Part shown: positions 40,561-49,861 of the stretch, one piece after another | Layout: each line of letters opens with the position of its first letter | Position numbering within the stretch: the first letter of the stretch is position 1 | Assembly: GCA_964569695.1 (NCBI GenBank) | Contig: CAZMUA010000012.1 | Coordinates: 2,059 to 66,058 of the forward strand | Direction of reading: 5' to 3' | Source of the DNA: an uncultured Woeseiaceae bacterium | GTDB lineage: Bacteria; Acidobacteriota; Vicinamibacteria; Vicinamibacterales; UBA823 | DNA length: 64,000 nucleotides | Position numbers and translations under genes: made by a program | Notes under the pieces: model-generated | Told to the model about the DNA's origin: nothing | Seen by the model: the letters and a program-made list of their open reading frames with translations, nothing else | The model's database searches: none

Positions 40561-42507
40561 ATGATCCAATTATCTTCAGTTACAAAAGCCTTCGGTAATC
40601 AGGTGCTCCTGGAGCGAGTGAGCTGGCAGATCTCGGCCGGTGAACGTGTTGGTCTTTGTGGTCCGAATGGCGCTGGCAAGACGACTCTACTGCGAATGCT
40701 TGTTGGTTTCGAACAACCTGATGAAGGAAGAATTATTTTATCGAACGATCTTAAAGTCGGTTACCTACCACAGGATGGTCTGGCTCATTCTGGTTGTACG
40801 CTCCAAGAAGAAGTAAGCAAAGCGTTCCAGCCCTTGCTTGATATACAGAGTGAAATGCACTTGCTTGAGGAACAACTTGGCGATAAATCAGTCCCGACTG
40901 AAGCGTATAACGAAAGGTTGTCACGATACAGCGATCTCCAAGAAATATTTCGTCGGCGTGAAGGCTACACGATCGATCTCAAGATCGCGACCGTTCTGCG
41001 CGGTTTAGGATTCACCGACAGTGAGTTCACTCATCAAACTCATACTTTTTCTGGTGGCTGGCAAATGCGGATCGCCTTAGCCAAGCTTTTACTGAGTCGT
41101 CCAGGATTACTCCTGCTGGATGAACCGACGAACCATCTAGATCTGGAAGCCAGAAATTGGCTTGAAGACTATCTCAATGATTACCCTCATGCAGTGATAC
41201 TCGTTTCACATGATCGCTTTTTTCTTGATGCAGTTGTTACCCGCATTGTCGATGTCGGCGCTAGATCATTGACAAACTATACCGGTAACTACAGTAGCTA
41301 TTTAACAGAGCGTGACGCACACTTGAGCCGTCTCCGAGAACGCAAGCGTCGACAGGACGAAGAGATCGCGCGGATTAGACAGTTCGTAGATCGGTTCCGT
41401 TACCAAGCCACAAAAGCAGCTCAGGTGCAGAGCCGGCTGAAGATGCTGGACAAATTTGTGCCCATCGATGTCCCGCCAGAACGGAAGCGAGTCCACTTTA
41501 CCTTTCCCACGTGTCGACAGAGCGGACGTCGGGTTCTCGAATTGCAGGATGTTCAAAAGTCATATGGCGAGAATGTTGTGGTTCGCAACGCAGCTCTGTT
41601 CGTAGAACGTGGCAACCGAATAGCTATTGTCGGGCCTAATGGAGCAGGTAAATCAACCTTAATGCGCATATTGGCTGGAGTCGAATCGCCAGACGCTGGT
41701 CAGCGTTATCAGGGCCATAACGTGATCACCGAATACTTTGCTCAAGACGAAGCTGACCAACTTGATGGCTCGAAGACTGTGCACGAAACGCTGGCAGCTG
41801 GAGCACCACTTGAGGCAGTACCGACGATCCGTAACCTGCTGGGTGGATTTCTGTTTTCTGGTGATGACATCCACAAACGGGTAGGCGTGCTATCGGGTGG
41901 CGAACGAACTCGGCTGGCAGTCGCCAGGATGCTGCTGCGACCAGCAAACACCTTGCTTCTAGATGAACCCACTAATCATTTAGACATCGATTCGACTGAC
42001 GTGCTTCTTGAAGCACTTGCGGCATTCAAAGGTACACTCATTTTTGTCTCACATGATCGCTATTTCGTTGATCGCTTGGCAACACAGATTATCAAAGTTG
42101 GCACTGGCGACGTCTTGATTTATCCTGGCAGTTATGAGGATTTTCGGTGGAGTCAGCACGAAAATCAACAACCTAGAGATAGAATTTCTAAAGGTGGATC
42201 ACGGAAATCTGAACCGGTCAAGGCCGGTAAAAAGCATAAACAAGCCATCGCGAAAAAGCGAAAGGCGCAACGCACTGTTGAGACTCAACAGAAACAAATT
42301 GCCGATCTTGAGCGACAGATCTCTGAACTGGAAAAAACCCTTAAACAGCTTGAGTCGACAATGGCCGAGCCAGGATTCTATGACGACCTGAAGGAATCTC
42401 AGCCCACCATTAACCACTATCAAACGCTCATGTGGCAAATTGGCGATCTAATGCATCAGTGGGAAGAACTCCAACTCAAGGCAGATGTCGAACCCGCTGG
42501 CGAATAA
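40561..42507 (+). CDS. ABC-F family ATPase (Uup/YheS-like, no membrane domain)
   Basis: Two ABC cassettes: Walker A GPNGAGKTT and GPNGAGKST, signatures FSGGWQMR and LSGGERTR. Basic linker and C-terminal coiled coil (QKQIADLERQISELEKTLKQLE). Confidence 0.9.
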   Translation: MIQLSSVTKAFGNQVLLERVSWQISAGERVGLCGPNGAGKTTLLRMLVGFEQPDEGRIILSNDLKVGYLPQDGLAHSGCTLQEEVSKAFQPLLDIQSEMHLLEEQLGDKSVPTEAYNERLSRYSDLQEIFRRREGYTIDLKIATVLRGLGFTDSEFTHQTHTFSGGWQMRIALAKLLLSRPGLLLLDEPTNHLDLEARNWLEDYLNDYPHAVILVSHDRFFLDAVVTRIVDVGARSLTNYTGNYSSYLTERDAHLSRLRERKRRQDEEIARIRQFVDRFRYQATKAAQVQSRLKMLDKFVPIDVPPERKRVHFTFPTCRQSGRRVLELQDVQKSYGENVVVRNAALFVERGNRIAIVGPNGAGKSTLMRILAGVESPDAGQRYQGHNVITEYFAQDEADQLDGSKTVHETLAAGAPLEAVPTIRNLLGGFLFSGDDIHKRVGVLSGGERTRLAVARMLLRPANTLLLDEPTNHLDIDSTDVLLEALAAFKGTLIFVSHDRYFVDRLATQIIKVGTGDVLIYPGSYEDFRWSQHENQQPRDRISKGGSRKSEPVKAGKKHKQAIAKKRKAQRTVETQQKQIADLERQISELEKTLKQLESTMAEPGFYDDLKESQPTINHYQTLMWQIGDLMHQWEELQLKADVEPAGE

Positions 42508-42536
42508 AAAACTGCATGCCATGACAGCGACACCGT

Positions 42537-43484
42537 CTAAGCACGAGGGTGTGTTTTCTTATACAACGTGAGTAACTGGGCTGCATTTACATGCGTATAC
42601 CTCTGCGTTGTGCTGAGTCGCGCATGTCCTAGCAGTTCTTGAATAGCACGTAGATCGGCTCCTCGTTCCAGTAAATGTGTCGCAAACGAATGCCGAAGTG
42701 CGTGTGGACTGATACCTGACCGATCGCCACACTCAGAAACATATCGACGCACCAAACGATCGACGCTCCTAGCGGACAACCGCCCTCCTCGATAATTAAG
42801 AAATAAAGGATTGTTTCGATGTCGAGAAAGTTTAGTACCCGCCGGCCTTGTTCCCTGTTTAGAATTAACGCCAGCAATTAGTGCGGTCCTGTCTTTGAGA
42901 TAAGCTCGGATAGCAGCCCCGGCACTTCGATGAAACGGCACCTCACGCTCGCGTCCTCCCTTTCCTTGCACACGAACCAATCGACCATTAAGATCGATAT
43001 CTTCAAGATCTAGACTCACAAGTTCGCTCAAGCGGAGCCCGGAAGCGTAAAACAACTCAAGGATAGCCTTGTCTCGTCGTCCCAAAGGCTGAGTCGCATC
43101 TGGCATACTCAACAACTGTTCTACTTCACCCATTTCAAGATGAGCGGGAATCTTATGTTCAAGTTTGGGTGTACCAACCAATGCGCCAGGATCACCAACA
43201 ATTTTCCCCTCGAGCCTGAGATATCGACCAAAGACACGTATGGCTGCCAATTTTCTAGCCGAAGAGGATCGTGAGACTCCTCGGCGATAGAGTTCAGCCA
43301 TGAAAGCCCTCACTGCTAGATCCTCGAACTCGCTGACCGGAACCGAAGACGATTTTTGCCCCAGGTCAACTGCCAAGAATTCAATGAATTGGGATAGATC
43401 GCTCTCATAGGCACGTACAGTGTGCACTGATACGTTACGGTTCAACCGTAAATGCTCAAGAAATGAATGCAGATGGTCGTACAT
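42537..43484 (-). CDS. xerC: Tyrosine recombinase XerC/XerD family
   Basis: N-terminal SAM-like FLEHLRLNRNVSVHTVRAYESDL. Catalytic residues in ASGLRLSEL, HALRHSFATHLL and LGHARLSTTQRYTHV. Housekeeping context trmFO-xerC. Overlaps the trmFO 3' end by 29 nt. Confidence 0.88.
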   Translation of the reverse strand: MYDHLHSFLEHLRLNRNVSVHTVRAYESDLSQFIEFLAVDLGQKSSSVPVSEFEDLAVRAFMAELYRRGVSRSSSARKLAAIRVFGRYLRLEGKIVGDPGALVGTPKLEHKIPAHLEMGEVEQLLSMPDATQPLGRRDKAILELFYASGLRLSELVSLDLEDIDLNGRLVRVQGKGGREREVPFHRSAGAAIRAYLKDRTALIAGVNSKQGTRPAGTKLSRHRNNPLFLNYRGGRLSARSVDRLVRRYVSECGDRSGISPHALRHSFATHLLERGADLRAIQELLGHARLSTTQRYTHVNAAQLLTLYKKTHPRA

Positions 43485-44850
43485 TTACTTGCTTTCCACT
43501 ATCTTGACGCCAGATAGACAAATCATCCAACGCACGTTCAGCCATAGCTTGACGACGCATTGATCGGCGCCTTGGCCCATTAATGAGCATCGGTAATAAC
43601 CCAAAAGTCATATTGGTAGGTTGATAGTTTCTCGAATCAGCGTGGGCAACATAATAAGCCAACGCGCCCAATGAAGTGGTACGCGGTAGTTTACGTGGAA
43701 CCTGACCATGACAGAGTGCCGCAGCATTAAGTCCCGCAATCAAGCCTGAGGCTGCACTTTCTACGTAGCCTTCCACTCCCGATATCTGTCCAGCAAAGAA
43801 CAAGTCAGCACGACGCCGTGTTTGCCAAGTCTCTTGCAACACACTTGGAGCATTAATGTAAGTATTACGATGAATCATACCGAAACGAACAAATTTTGCA
43901 TTCGTAAGACCCGGAATAAGTCGAAGCACTCGCTCCTGTTCTGCCCACTTCAACTGTGTCTGAAAACCAACCAAGCTGAAGTGGTCTGCGGCCAAATTGT
44001 CTTGACGTAGTTGAACAACAGCATAGGGCTCACGCCTGGTATGAGGATCGGCTAAGCCAATCGGCTTCATCGGACCAAATCGTAACGTGTCGATCCCGCG
44101 ACTAGCCATTACCTCAATTGGCAGGCAGCCCTCAAAAAACTTCGTGTTGTCAAAATCATGAATCGCCGCTACTTCAGCGCTCTGAACAGACTCCACAAAT
44201 TTAATGTACTCTTCGCGAGTGAGCGGGCAATTCAAATAATCACCCCTGACTTGATCAGAATCAGACAACAAAGTCCTGTCGTTTTTATCAACTTCTCGAT
44301 CCCATCGTGAAGCTCGGAATGCTACGGTTTGATCGATTGAGTCGGCAAGAACGATAGGACTGATCGCGTCATAAAAATACAAATGGTCTGCGCCCACAAA
44401 CGTGGCGATCTCGTCTGAAAGCGATGCTGACGTCAGAGGCCCAGTAGCAATTATTACAGGTTCCAATGGATCGCTAGGCGGAGGGATCTCATGCATCTCC
44501 TTGCGTTGGATCGTTACCAGTGGATGAGCCTCAAGTGCGGACGTCATCTGATCGGCAAATTGTGTCCGATCTACTGCTAGAGCCGTCCCTGCTGGCACAC
44601 TTGTTTGATCACCGATCTTCATCACGAGTGACCTGAGTTGCCGCATCTCTGCCTTCAAGAGACCGACTGCGCTTGTAAGTGTGTCTCCTCGGAATGAATT
44701 ACTACAGACCAGTTCTGCCAAACGGTCCGTTTGATGGACTGCCGTGGCCTGCTCGGGCCGCATTTCATAGAGGAAAACCTCAACGCCAAGCGAGGCAGCT
44801 TGCCAGGCGGCTTCGCTCCCCGCCAGTCCACCACCAATAATATGAATCAT
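43456..44850 (-). CDS. trmFO: Methylenetetrahydrofolate--tRNA-(uracil54-C5)-methyltransferase TrmFO (Gid)
   Basis: FAD fold IIGGGLAGSEAAWQAA, ELVCSNSFR and FAGQISGVEGYVESAASG. The start is ATG 44850 or TTG 44871. Confidence 0.92.
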   Translation of the reverse strand: MIHIIGGGLAGSEAAWQAASLGVEVFLYEMRPEQATAVHQTDRLAELVCSNSFRGDTLTSAVGLLKAEMRQLRSLVMKIGDQTSVPAGTALAVDRTQFADQMTSALEAHPLVTIQRKEMHEIPPPSDPLEPVIIATGPLTSASLSDEIATFVGADHLYFYDAISPIVLADSIDQTVAFRASRWDREVDKNDRTLLSDSDQVRGDYLNCPLTREEYIKFVESVQSAEVAAIHDFDNTKFFEGCLPIEVMASRGIDTLRFGPMKPIGLADPHTRREPYAVVQLRQDNLAADHFSLVGFQTQLKWAEQERVLRLIPGLTNAKFVRFGMIHRNTYINAPSVLQETWQTRRRADLFFAGQISGVEGYVESAASGLIAGLNAAALCHGQVPRKLPRTTSLGALAYYVAHADSRNYQPTNMTFGLLPMLINGPRRRSMRRQAMAERALDDLSIWRQDSGKQVNVRPSAFIS

Positions 44851-44937
44851 GATCTGTTGGAAAGTAATCAATCAACTCGAAGCGGCAGGACAATCCCACC
44901 TCGATCTGTAAGCGCTCTCAGCTTGCGGTGTTACCCT

Positions 44938-47349
44938 TTAGACCGCAGCAAGCTCTTCACTTCTGATGTAATCACACTCGTCGTTGTCGCAAAACACTTG
45001 ACGGCCGTGACGCTTCGTGGTTTTTTCAACAAGGTACTCACGTTTGCACTTCGGACAGGCTTCGGCGAGAGGTCGCTTCCACAGCGTGAAGTCGCAATCA
45101 GGATAATTACTACAGCCGTAGAATGGAATATTTCGGCGCGTCTTGCGCTCAACTATATCCCCGCCATCTTTTGGACAACTCACACCAGTGCTTTTGAGTT
45201 TCACATACTTACAAGTCGGATAGCTGCTGCAGGCTGTAAATTCGCCGAAACGACCCTGCTTAATAACTAGTTGCGACTGACACTTCGGGCACTTTTCCTC
45301 GAGCAACTGATCAGGTTTCGCCGCGGAAAGACCCTGCTTGGTTTCAATAATCTTCCGGGTAGTTTTGCAATCGGGATAGCCCGAACACGCCAGAAACTGG
45401 CCAAACCGGCCACGTTTCACCACCATTGGTTTGCCACAATTCTCGCAGTTTTCGGCCTCTTCATCCTGACTTGGCTCGGTAGTCTCTAATTCACGTGTGT
45501 TCTCACAATCGGGGTACGCACTACACGCGAGAAACATCCCAAAACGCCCGACCTTGATGATCATCGGGGCTTTACACTTGTCACAGGTTTCATCACTCGG
45601 CAGGCCCTTAACTTTAATATTGGGCATAGCCTTCGCTGCCTGTTCGAGATCCTTTTCAAATTTTTTGTAAAAGCTCGCAAGCGTGCCTTGATAATCGGCG
45701 TCGCCATCCTCAATCTTATCGAGACTCTCTTCCAAAGCCTTGGTGTACTCCACGTCGAGAATATCGTTAAAGCTCTTTAAGAGTAACTCCGTAACAAGCC
45801 GCCCAAGACGCGATGGCTTAAATCGACCCTCAATCTTTGCAACGTACTCACGGCTTTGCAGTACGCCAATGATCGCGGCATAGGTGCTCGGTCTCCCAAT
45901 GCCGTTTTCTTCGAGTTCCTTGACCAGCATTGCTTCGCTGAAACGGGGTCTGGGTTGCGTAAATTTTTGCTCAGATCTCGTTGCTTTGAGAGACAGCGTG
46001 TCACCCTTATTCAATGCTGGTAACAAGCCCTTGGTGTGTTCGTCGTCTTCGTTGGTGCCCTCTTGACCTCCTGGACCGTCACTGTTGTCCTCCACGTCCT
46101 TTGAATATGCCGAGAGCCAGCCTTTAAACTTGAGCACGGAACCTTTAATTCGAAACGTATAGATACCAGCGTTGATATCCACCGTGGTGTCGTCAAAAAT
46201 GGCTGGAAGCATCTGCGACGCCACAAATCGATTCCAGATAATGCGATATATGTAAAACTGCTCCTTCGTCAGGTGTGGTTTCACTCGATCTGGGTCGTAT
46301 TCCATCGAAGTCGGCCGGATCGCCTCATGCGCGTCTTGTGCGCCTTTTTTTGCGCGATAAATATTGGGCTTTGCTGGCAGGTATGCCTCACCGAAGGCAC
46401 TCTGAATATGTTCACGCACATCCGTTAAGGCTTGATCTGATACCCGCGTCGAGTCGGTGCGCATATACGTAATCAGGCCGACTGCACCTTCGCCAGATAG
46501 CTCTATGCCTTCGTAGAGTTGCTGCGCGATCATCATGGTCCGCTTTACTGGCATCTGCGAAGCTTGCTGCAACTTACTTGTAATGTACGGTGGCGCCGCC
46601 TGCTTTTTCCTAGCCTTAGTCCCGACAGTATCAACAATAAAAGATTCATCTGTAACTGCCTCAACAATCGTCTTTGATTCAGCTTCATTGAGAACCTTGA
46701 CAGTTTTACCGTTTTTCTTCTGTAGTTTCGCCTCAAATTCCGGCGGGACTGGACCAATAAGATTTGCAAAGATGTGCCAATACTCTTCGGGGTTGAATTG
46801 TTCAATCTCGTGCTCACGATCGCACACGAGTTTAAGCGCGATCGATTGAACGCGGCCAGCACTAAGACCACGACGCACCTTATCCCACAGTAAGGGACTC
46901 AGTTTGTACCCAACGAGACGATCAAGGACACGCCGTGCTTGTTGCGCGTCCACCATCCGTTGATCGATTTCTACCGGATGTTTGAGTGCTTCCACTATCG
47001 CTTGTTTGGTGATTTCGTTAAACATCAAACGATGCACGGAACGCTTCTTGCCTCCAAGTTCAGCAGCTAAGTGCCAGCCGATCGCTTCACCTTCACGATC
47101 GGGGTCCGTCGCCACATAAATGTCAGTAGCTGCCTTTGCGGCTGCACGAAGCTCCTTGATCACTTTTTTTCGGGCCGGAATCGGCTCATAGACCGGTGTA
47201 AAAGCTTCATCCACGTCCACGCCAAGCTTACTCTTCGGTAAGTCGCGGATGTGTCCCATTGAAGCGACGACCTTGTAACTCTTGCCTAGATATTTATTGA
47301 TAGTCTTCGCCTTAGCCGGCGATTCCACCACCACGAGTGATTTAGCCAT
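44938..47349 (-). CDS. topA: DNA topoisomerase I
   Basis: TOPRIM VVVESPAKAKTINKYLG and ATDPDREGE. Active-site Tyr context ITYMRTDS. Four C-terminal C4 zinc ribbons (CDKC..C..C, CENC, CPKC, CPKC). ATG at 47349 (MAKSLVVV) is preferred to the GTG at 47364. Confidence 0.96.
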   Translation of the reverse strand: MAKSLVVVESPAKAKTINKYLGKSYKVVASMGHIRDLPKSKLGVDVDEAFTPVYEPIPARKKVIKELRAAAKAATDIYVATDPDREGEAIGWHLAAELGGKKRSVHRLMFNEITKQAIVEALKHPVEIDQRMVDAQQARRVLDRLVGYKLSPLLWDKVRRGLSAGRVQSIALKLVCDREHEIEQFNPEEYWHIFANLIGPVPPEFEAKLQKKNGKTVKVLNEAESKTIVEAVTDESFIVDTVGTKARKKQAAPPYITSKLQQASQMPVKRTMMIAQQLYEGIELSGEGAVGLITYMRTDSTRVSDQALTDVREHIQSAFGEAYLPAKPNIYRAKKGAQDAHEAIRPTSMEYDPDRVKPHLTKEQFYIYRIIWNRFVASQMLPAIFDDTTVDINAGIYTFRIKGSVLKFKGWLSAYSKDVEDNSDGPGGQEGTNEDDEHTKGLLPALNKGDTLSLKATRSEQKFTQPRPRFSEAMLVKELEENGIGRPSTYAAIIGVLQSREYVAKIEGRFKPSRLGRLVTELLLKSFNDILDVEYTKALEESLDKIEDGDADYQGTLASFYKKFEKDLEQAAKAMPNIKVKGLPSDETCDKCKAPMIIKVGRFGMFLACSAYPDCENTRELETTEPSQDEEAENCENCGKPMVVKRGRFGQFLACSGYPDCKTTRKIIETKQGLSAAKPDQLLEEKCPKCQSQLVIKQGRFGEFTACSSYPTCKYVKLKSTGVSCPKDGGDIVERKTRRNIPFYGCSNYPDCDFTLWKRPLAEACPKCKREYLVEKTTKRHGRQVFCDNDECDYIRSEELAAV

Positions 47350-47875
47350 AAGTCTTGGATTCACGAAAATCGGCGTGAAAGTTATGACACACCGACTACG
47401 TTTCTAGCAAATACGTTACCATTATCCAATCAGCAGAACGAAACCTGCCAGTTCAACAACTTCCCGTCGATATACTGCATTCAAGGCCAAAACATTAAGC
47501 AAAACTTTAATCTGAGGCCATCCCAAATAAGTTTCAGGCTTCTTCATAGATCATCGACCACTTGCACTAGAACCTTTGCTCTAATATCAAAATCACGTAA
47601 TTTCTCCAATATTAAGAGCTCTTCTAGCAATCCTAGGACGACAAGCCCAGGACTTCATCCCATTGATCTGAGCGATAAGTGAAGGCATCCAACCAAATCC
47701 AGCACCTTCTTGGTGTTAGATCACAATTGAGCGAATCACCCTGCTTGCACCAGCACGTGCCCATAGTTATAGTGAACCAGTGTGGTTACGGATAAGACTT
47801 ACAATAAGTCATTAATTCACCAACAATTTATGTAAGAACTGCGCGTAACTAGTTCCCGCAAGGAAGGATTTCCCG

Positions 47876-48223
47876 TTGACGATAAGGCAGGGCATGCTGT
47901 CGGTAGGCTTCGTGCTGTTACTTTGCACTCTAGAGGTGCAGGCCGACGATCGCTCAGATGCCAAACGACAGGTGGAATTCGGTATCACTGTGGCCGAGCG
48001 AGGACTATGGCGAGAAGCTACTTATCGGTGGCAACGCGCTGTCGCCATCGATCCGACCTATGCGCCCGCATGGAATAACCTTGCCGTGGCACACGAACAC
48101 GAAGGTGAGTTTGAATCAGCTCGTGAAGCTTATGATCGTGCGCTGGAATTGGAACCAAACAACCTGTCGATCCAACAGAATTATGAACTGTTTAGAGAAA
48201 TTAATGATCGCACTCAACCGTAA
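47876..48223 (+). CDS. Small secreted TPR-repeat protein
   Basis: TTG start with AAGGAAGGA 7 nt upstream. Signal peptide LSVGFVLLLCTLEVQA. TPR consensus AIDPTYAPAWNNLAVAHEHEGEFESAREAYDRALELEPNN. Confidence 0.7.
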   Translation: MTIRQGMLSVGFVLLLCTLEVQADDRSDAKRQVEFGITVAERGLWREATYRWQRAVAIDPTYAPAWNNLAVAHEHEGEFESAREAYDRALELEPNNLSIQQNYELFREINDRTQP

Positions 48224-48983
48224 GCTCCTACTTAGCCTTGCACTTGTTTTGCTCACTACTGGATGCGTCAGTTCGTCACTGTCAGAAGTGATGATCGAAA
48301 CGCCGATTAAGCCAAAACTTGACGTGAGTTCATTTGAGCGGGTGTTGGTGGCAGGCTTTGTGGCCGGTGGTAGCGAGGACCTGAATGCGAATCTCGAAAC
48401 CGTCCGGTTGCTCAGAAGTCAACTGCGCATCCAAGACACTATGCAGGTTGTAGACGCAAACACTCTCCTGCTTAACGAACTAGTTGAACAACAGCTTGCG
48501 ACAACCCGACGGACTCTTGGAGAATCGACACCACTGTTACCGCCCGATGAGATTACTGAAGAGCAGGACTTCATGGCTTACGAACGCGTCTTTACTGATG
48601 TAGAATTTTGGCAACGCCTAGGTAGCGAACATCGAAATCCTCTCATCATCACTGGCACGATCCTATTTCGACCGCAAGCGCGTACGGGCTTCGTGACGAG
48701 AGAACAAGAAACCTATGACGCCTTCGGTCGCCGACAAGTGCAACCAACTAGAACCTACAGTGAGCGACAAGGATTTGTTTTAAGTCCAAAATTTATTTTC
48801 ATAGACGGCCAAACAGGAACAGTGCTTTATAGCGAGTCTCATCGAGAAGAAATTTTGTACGACTCGCAACAAAACACACCCCCACTGTCTGGGTTTTTTG
48901 AGTTAATGGATCGTATAATTCCAACTTTTCTCAGTTCTATGAGCACTCAGACAATTCGTGGATCACGAATATTGCTTAGATAA
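48204..48983 (+). CDS. Hypothetical lipoprotein (overlaps the TPR gene by 20 nt)
   Basis: ATG at 48204 gives MIALNRKLLLSLALVLLTTGC (lipobox LTTGC). The 82 upstream codons in the track ORF (47958..) lie in another frame of the TPR gene and look non-genic. No recognised domain. Confidence 0.6.
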   Translation: MIALNRKLLLSLALVLLTTGCVSSSLSEVMIETPIKPKLDVSSFERVLVAGFVAGGSEDLNANLETVRLLRSQLRIQDTMQVVDANTLLLNELVEQQLATTRRTLGESTPLLPPDEITEEQDFMAYERVFTDVEFWQRLGSEHRNPLIITGTILFRPQARTGFVTREQETYDAFGRRQVQPTRTYSERQGFVLSPKFIFIDGQTGTVLYSESHREEILYDSQQNTPPLSGFFELMDRIIPTFLSSMSTQTIRGSRILLR

Positions 48984-49181
48984 TATTGAATGGCAACCGC
49001 AAAACGTCGACGGATTGCAACCGACAATTAGCAGCCGTTTTCAAGAAAATGACCTTAGCAAGTTGTGCACATGACTGCGTTGCACGTGATTAAATTAGGT
49101 GTTAACCTATTAGATTCCTATAGATGATTACGAGGTGCCTAGAGAAAGCCTCGATAATGGGAGCGGTGAGGAGAAATAAGA

Positions 49182-49499
49182 TTGTACGCAATTATTAAAA
49201 GTGGTGGCCGGCAACTTAAAGTGGCTCCGGGCAGCTTGGTTACAGTGGACCGACTATCCGATGACCCTGGCCAAGAAGTGAACTTCGATCGTGTACTGCT
49301 CGTCGAAAAGGACGGCGGTGAGATTGTGGTTGGCACACCTTACGTTTCTAATGCGAGCGTGTCAGGAATTGTTGACGCTGAAACCCAAGGGCCAAAAATT
49401 CGTGTGTTCAAGAAAAAGCGTCGTAAGGGATTCCGGCGCACACAAGGGCATCGTAGTATCTTGACGCGCATTCGAGTCAAGGACATCATCGTTAAATAA
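49182..49499 (+). CDS. rplU: 50S ribosomal protein L21
   Basis: MYAIIKSGGRQLKV.... TTG start with GGTGAGGAG 8 nt upstream. Confidence 0.95.
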   Translation: MYAIIKSGGRQLKVAPGSLVTVDRLSDDPGQEVNFDRVLLVEKDGGEIVVGTPYVSNASVSGIVDAETQGPKIRVFKKKRRKGFRRTQGHRSILTRIRVKDIIVK

Positions 49500-49532
49500 A
49501 CATTCCGATGGGGTCTTGCAACCAGTTTAGTC

Positions 49533-49793
49533 ATGGCACATAAAAAAGGACAGGGAAGCTCTCGTAACGGTCGTGACAGCAACGCACAACGTCTTGGTGT
49601 GAAGCGATTCGATGGAAATATCGTGACTGGTGGATCCATTCTTGTTCGCCAAAGGGGACGCCGATTCAGGCCTGGGCTGAATGTCGGCGTTGGAAAGGAT
49701 GATACGATCTTCGCCAAAATTGATGGTCGTGTTAGCTTTCAAGATCACGGTCGCCGGGGTCGGGTAATTAGCGTGCTTCCTGCCGATTCCTAA
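49533..49793 (+). CDS. rpmA: 50S ribosomal protein L27
   Basis: [24 protein letters not shown]...GSILVRQRG. Confidence 0.97.
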   Translation: MAHKKGQGSSRNGRDSNAQRLGVKRFDGNIVTGGSILVRQRGRRFRPGLNVGVGKDDTIFAKIDGRVSFQDHGRRGRVISVLPADS

Positions 49794-49861
49794 TTGACGA
49801 AAAGTATCCGTATCATTCGGTTATGATGCTGGGTTAATTTGGACTGCGTGCGAATTTCTTC

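Noticed and set aside
42537-43484. Tyrosine recombinase as a possible integrase marking a mobile element.
   Set aside because: It sits in the conserved housekeeping trmFO-xerC context and has the XerC/D-type N-terminus. I found no flanking att-like repeats, phage genes or transposase.
44731-45270. 179-aa plus-strand ORF spanning the trmFO 5' end, the trmFO-topA gap and the topA 3' end.
   Set aside because: It overlaps two confidently called minus-strand genes, and its sequence has no recognisable features.
47958-48203. Upstream 82 codons of track ORF 47958..48983, in an alternative frame of the TPR gene.
   Set aside because: The product segment (MPNDRWNSVSLWPSEDYG...) is not protein-like. 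A lipoprotein signal peptide starts exactly at the internal ATG at 48204.
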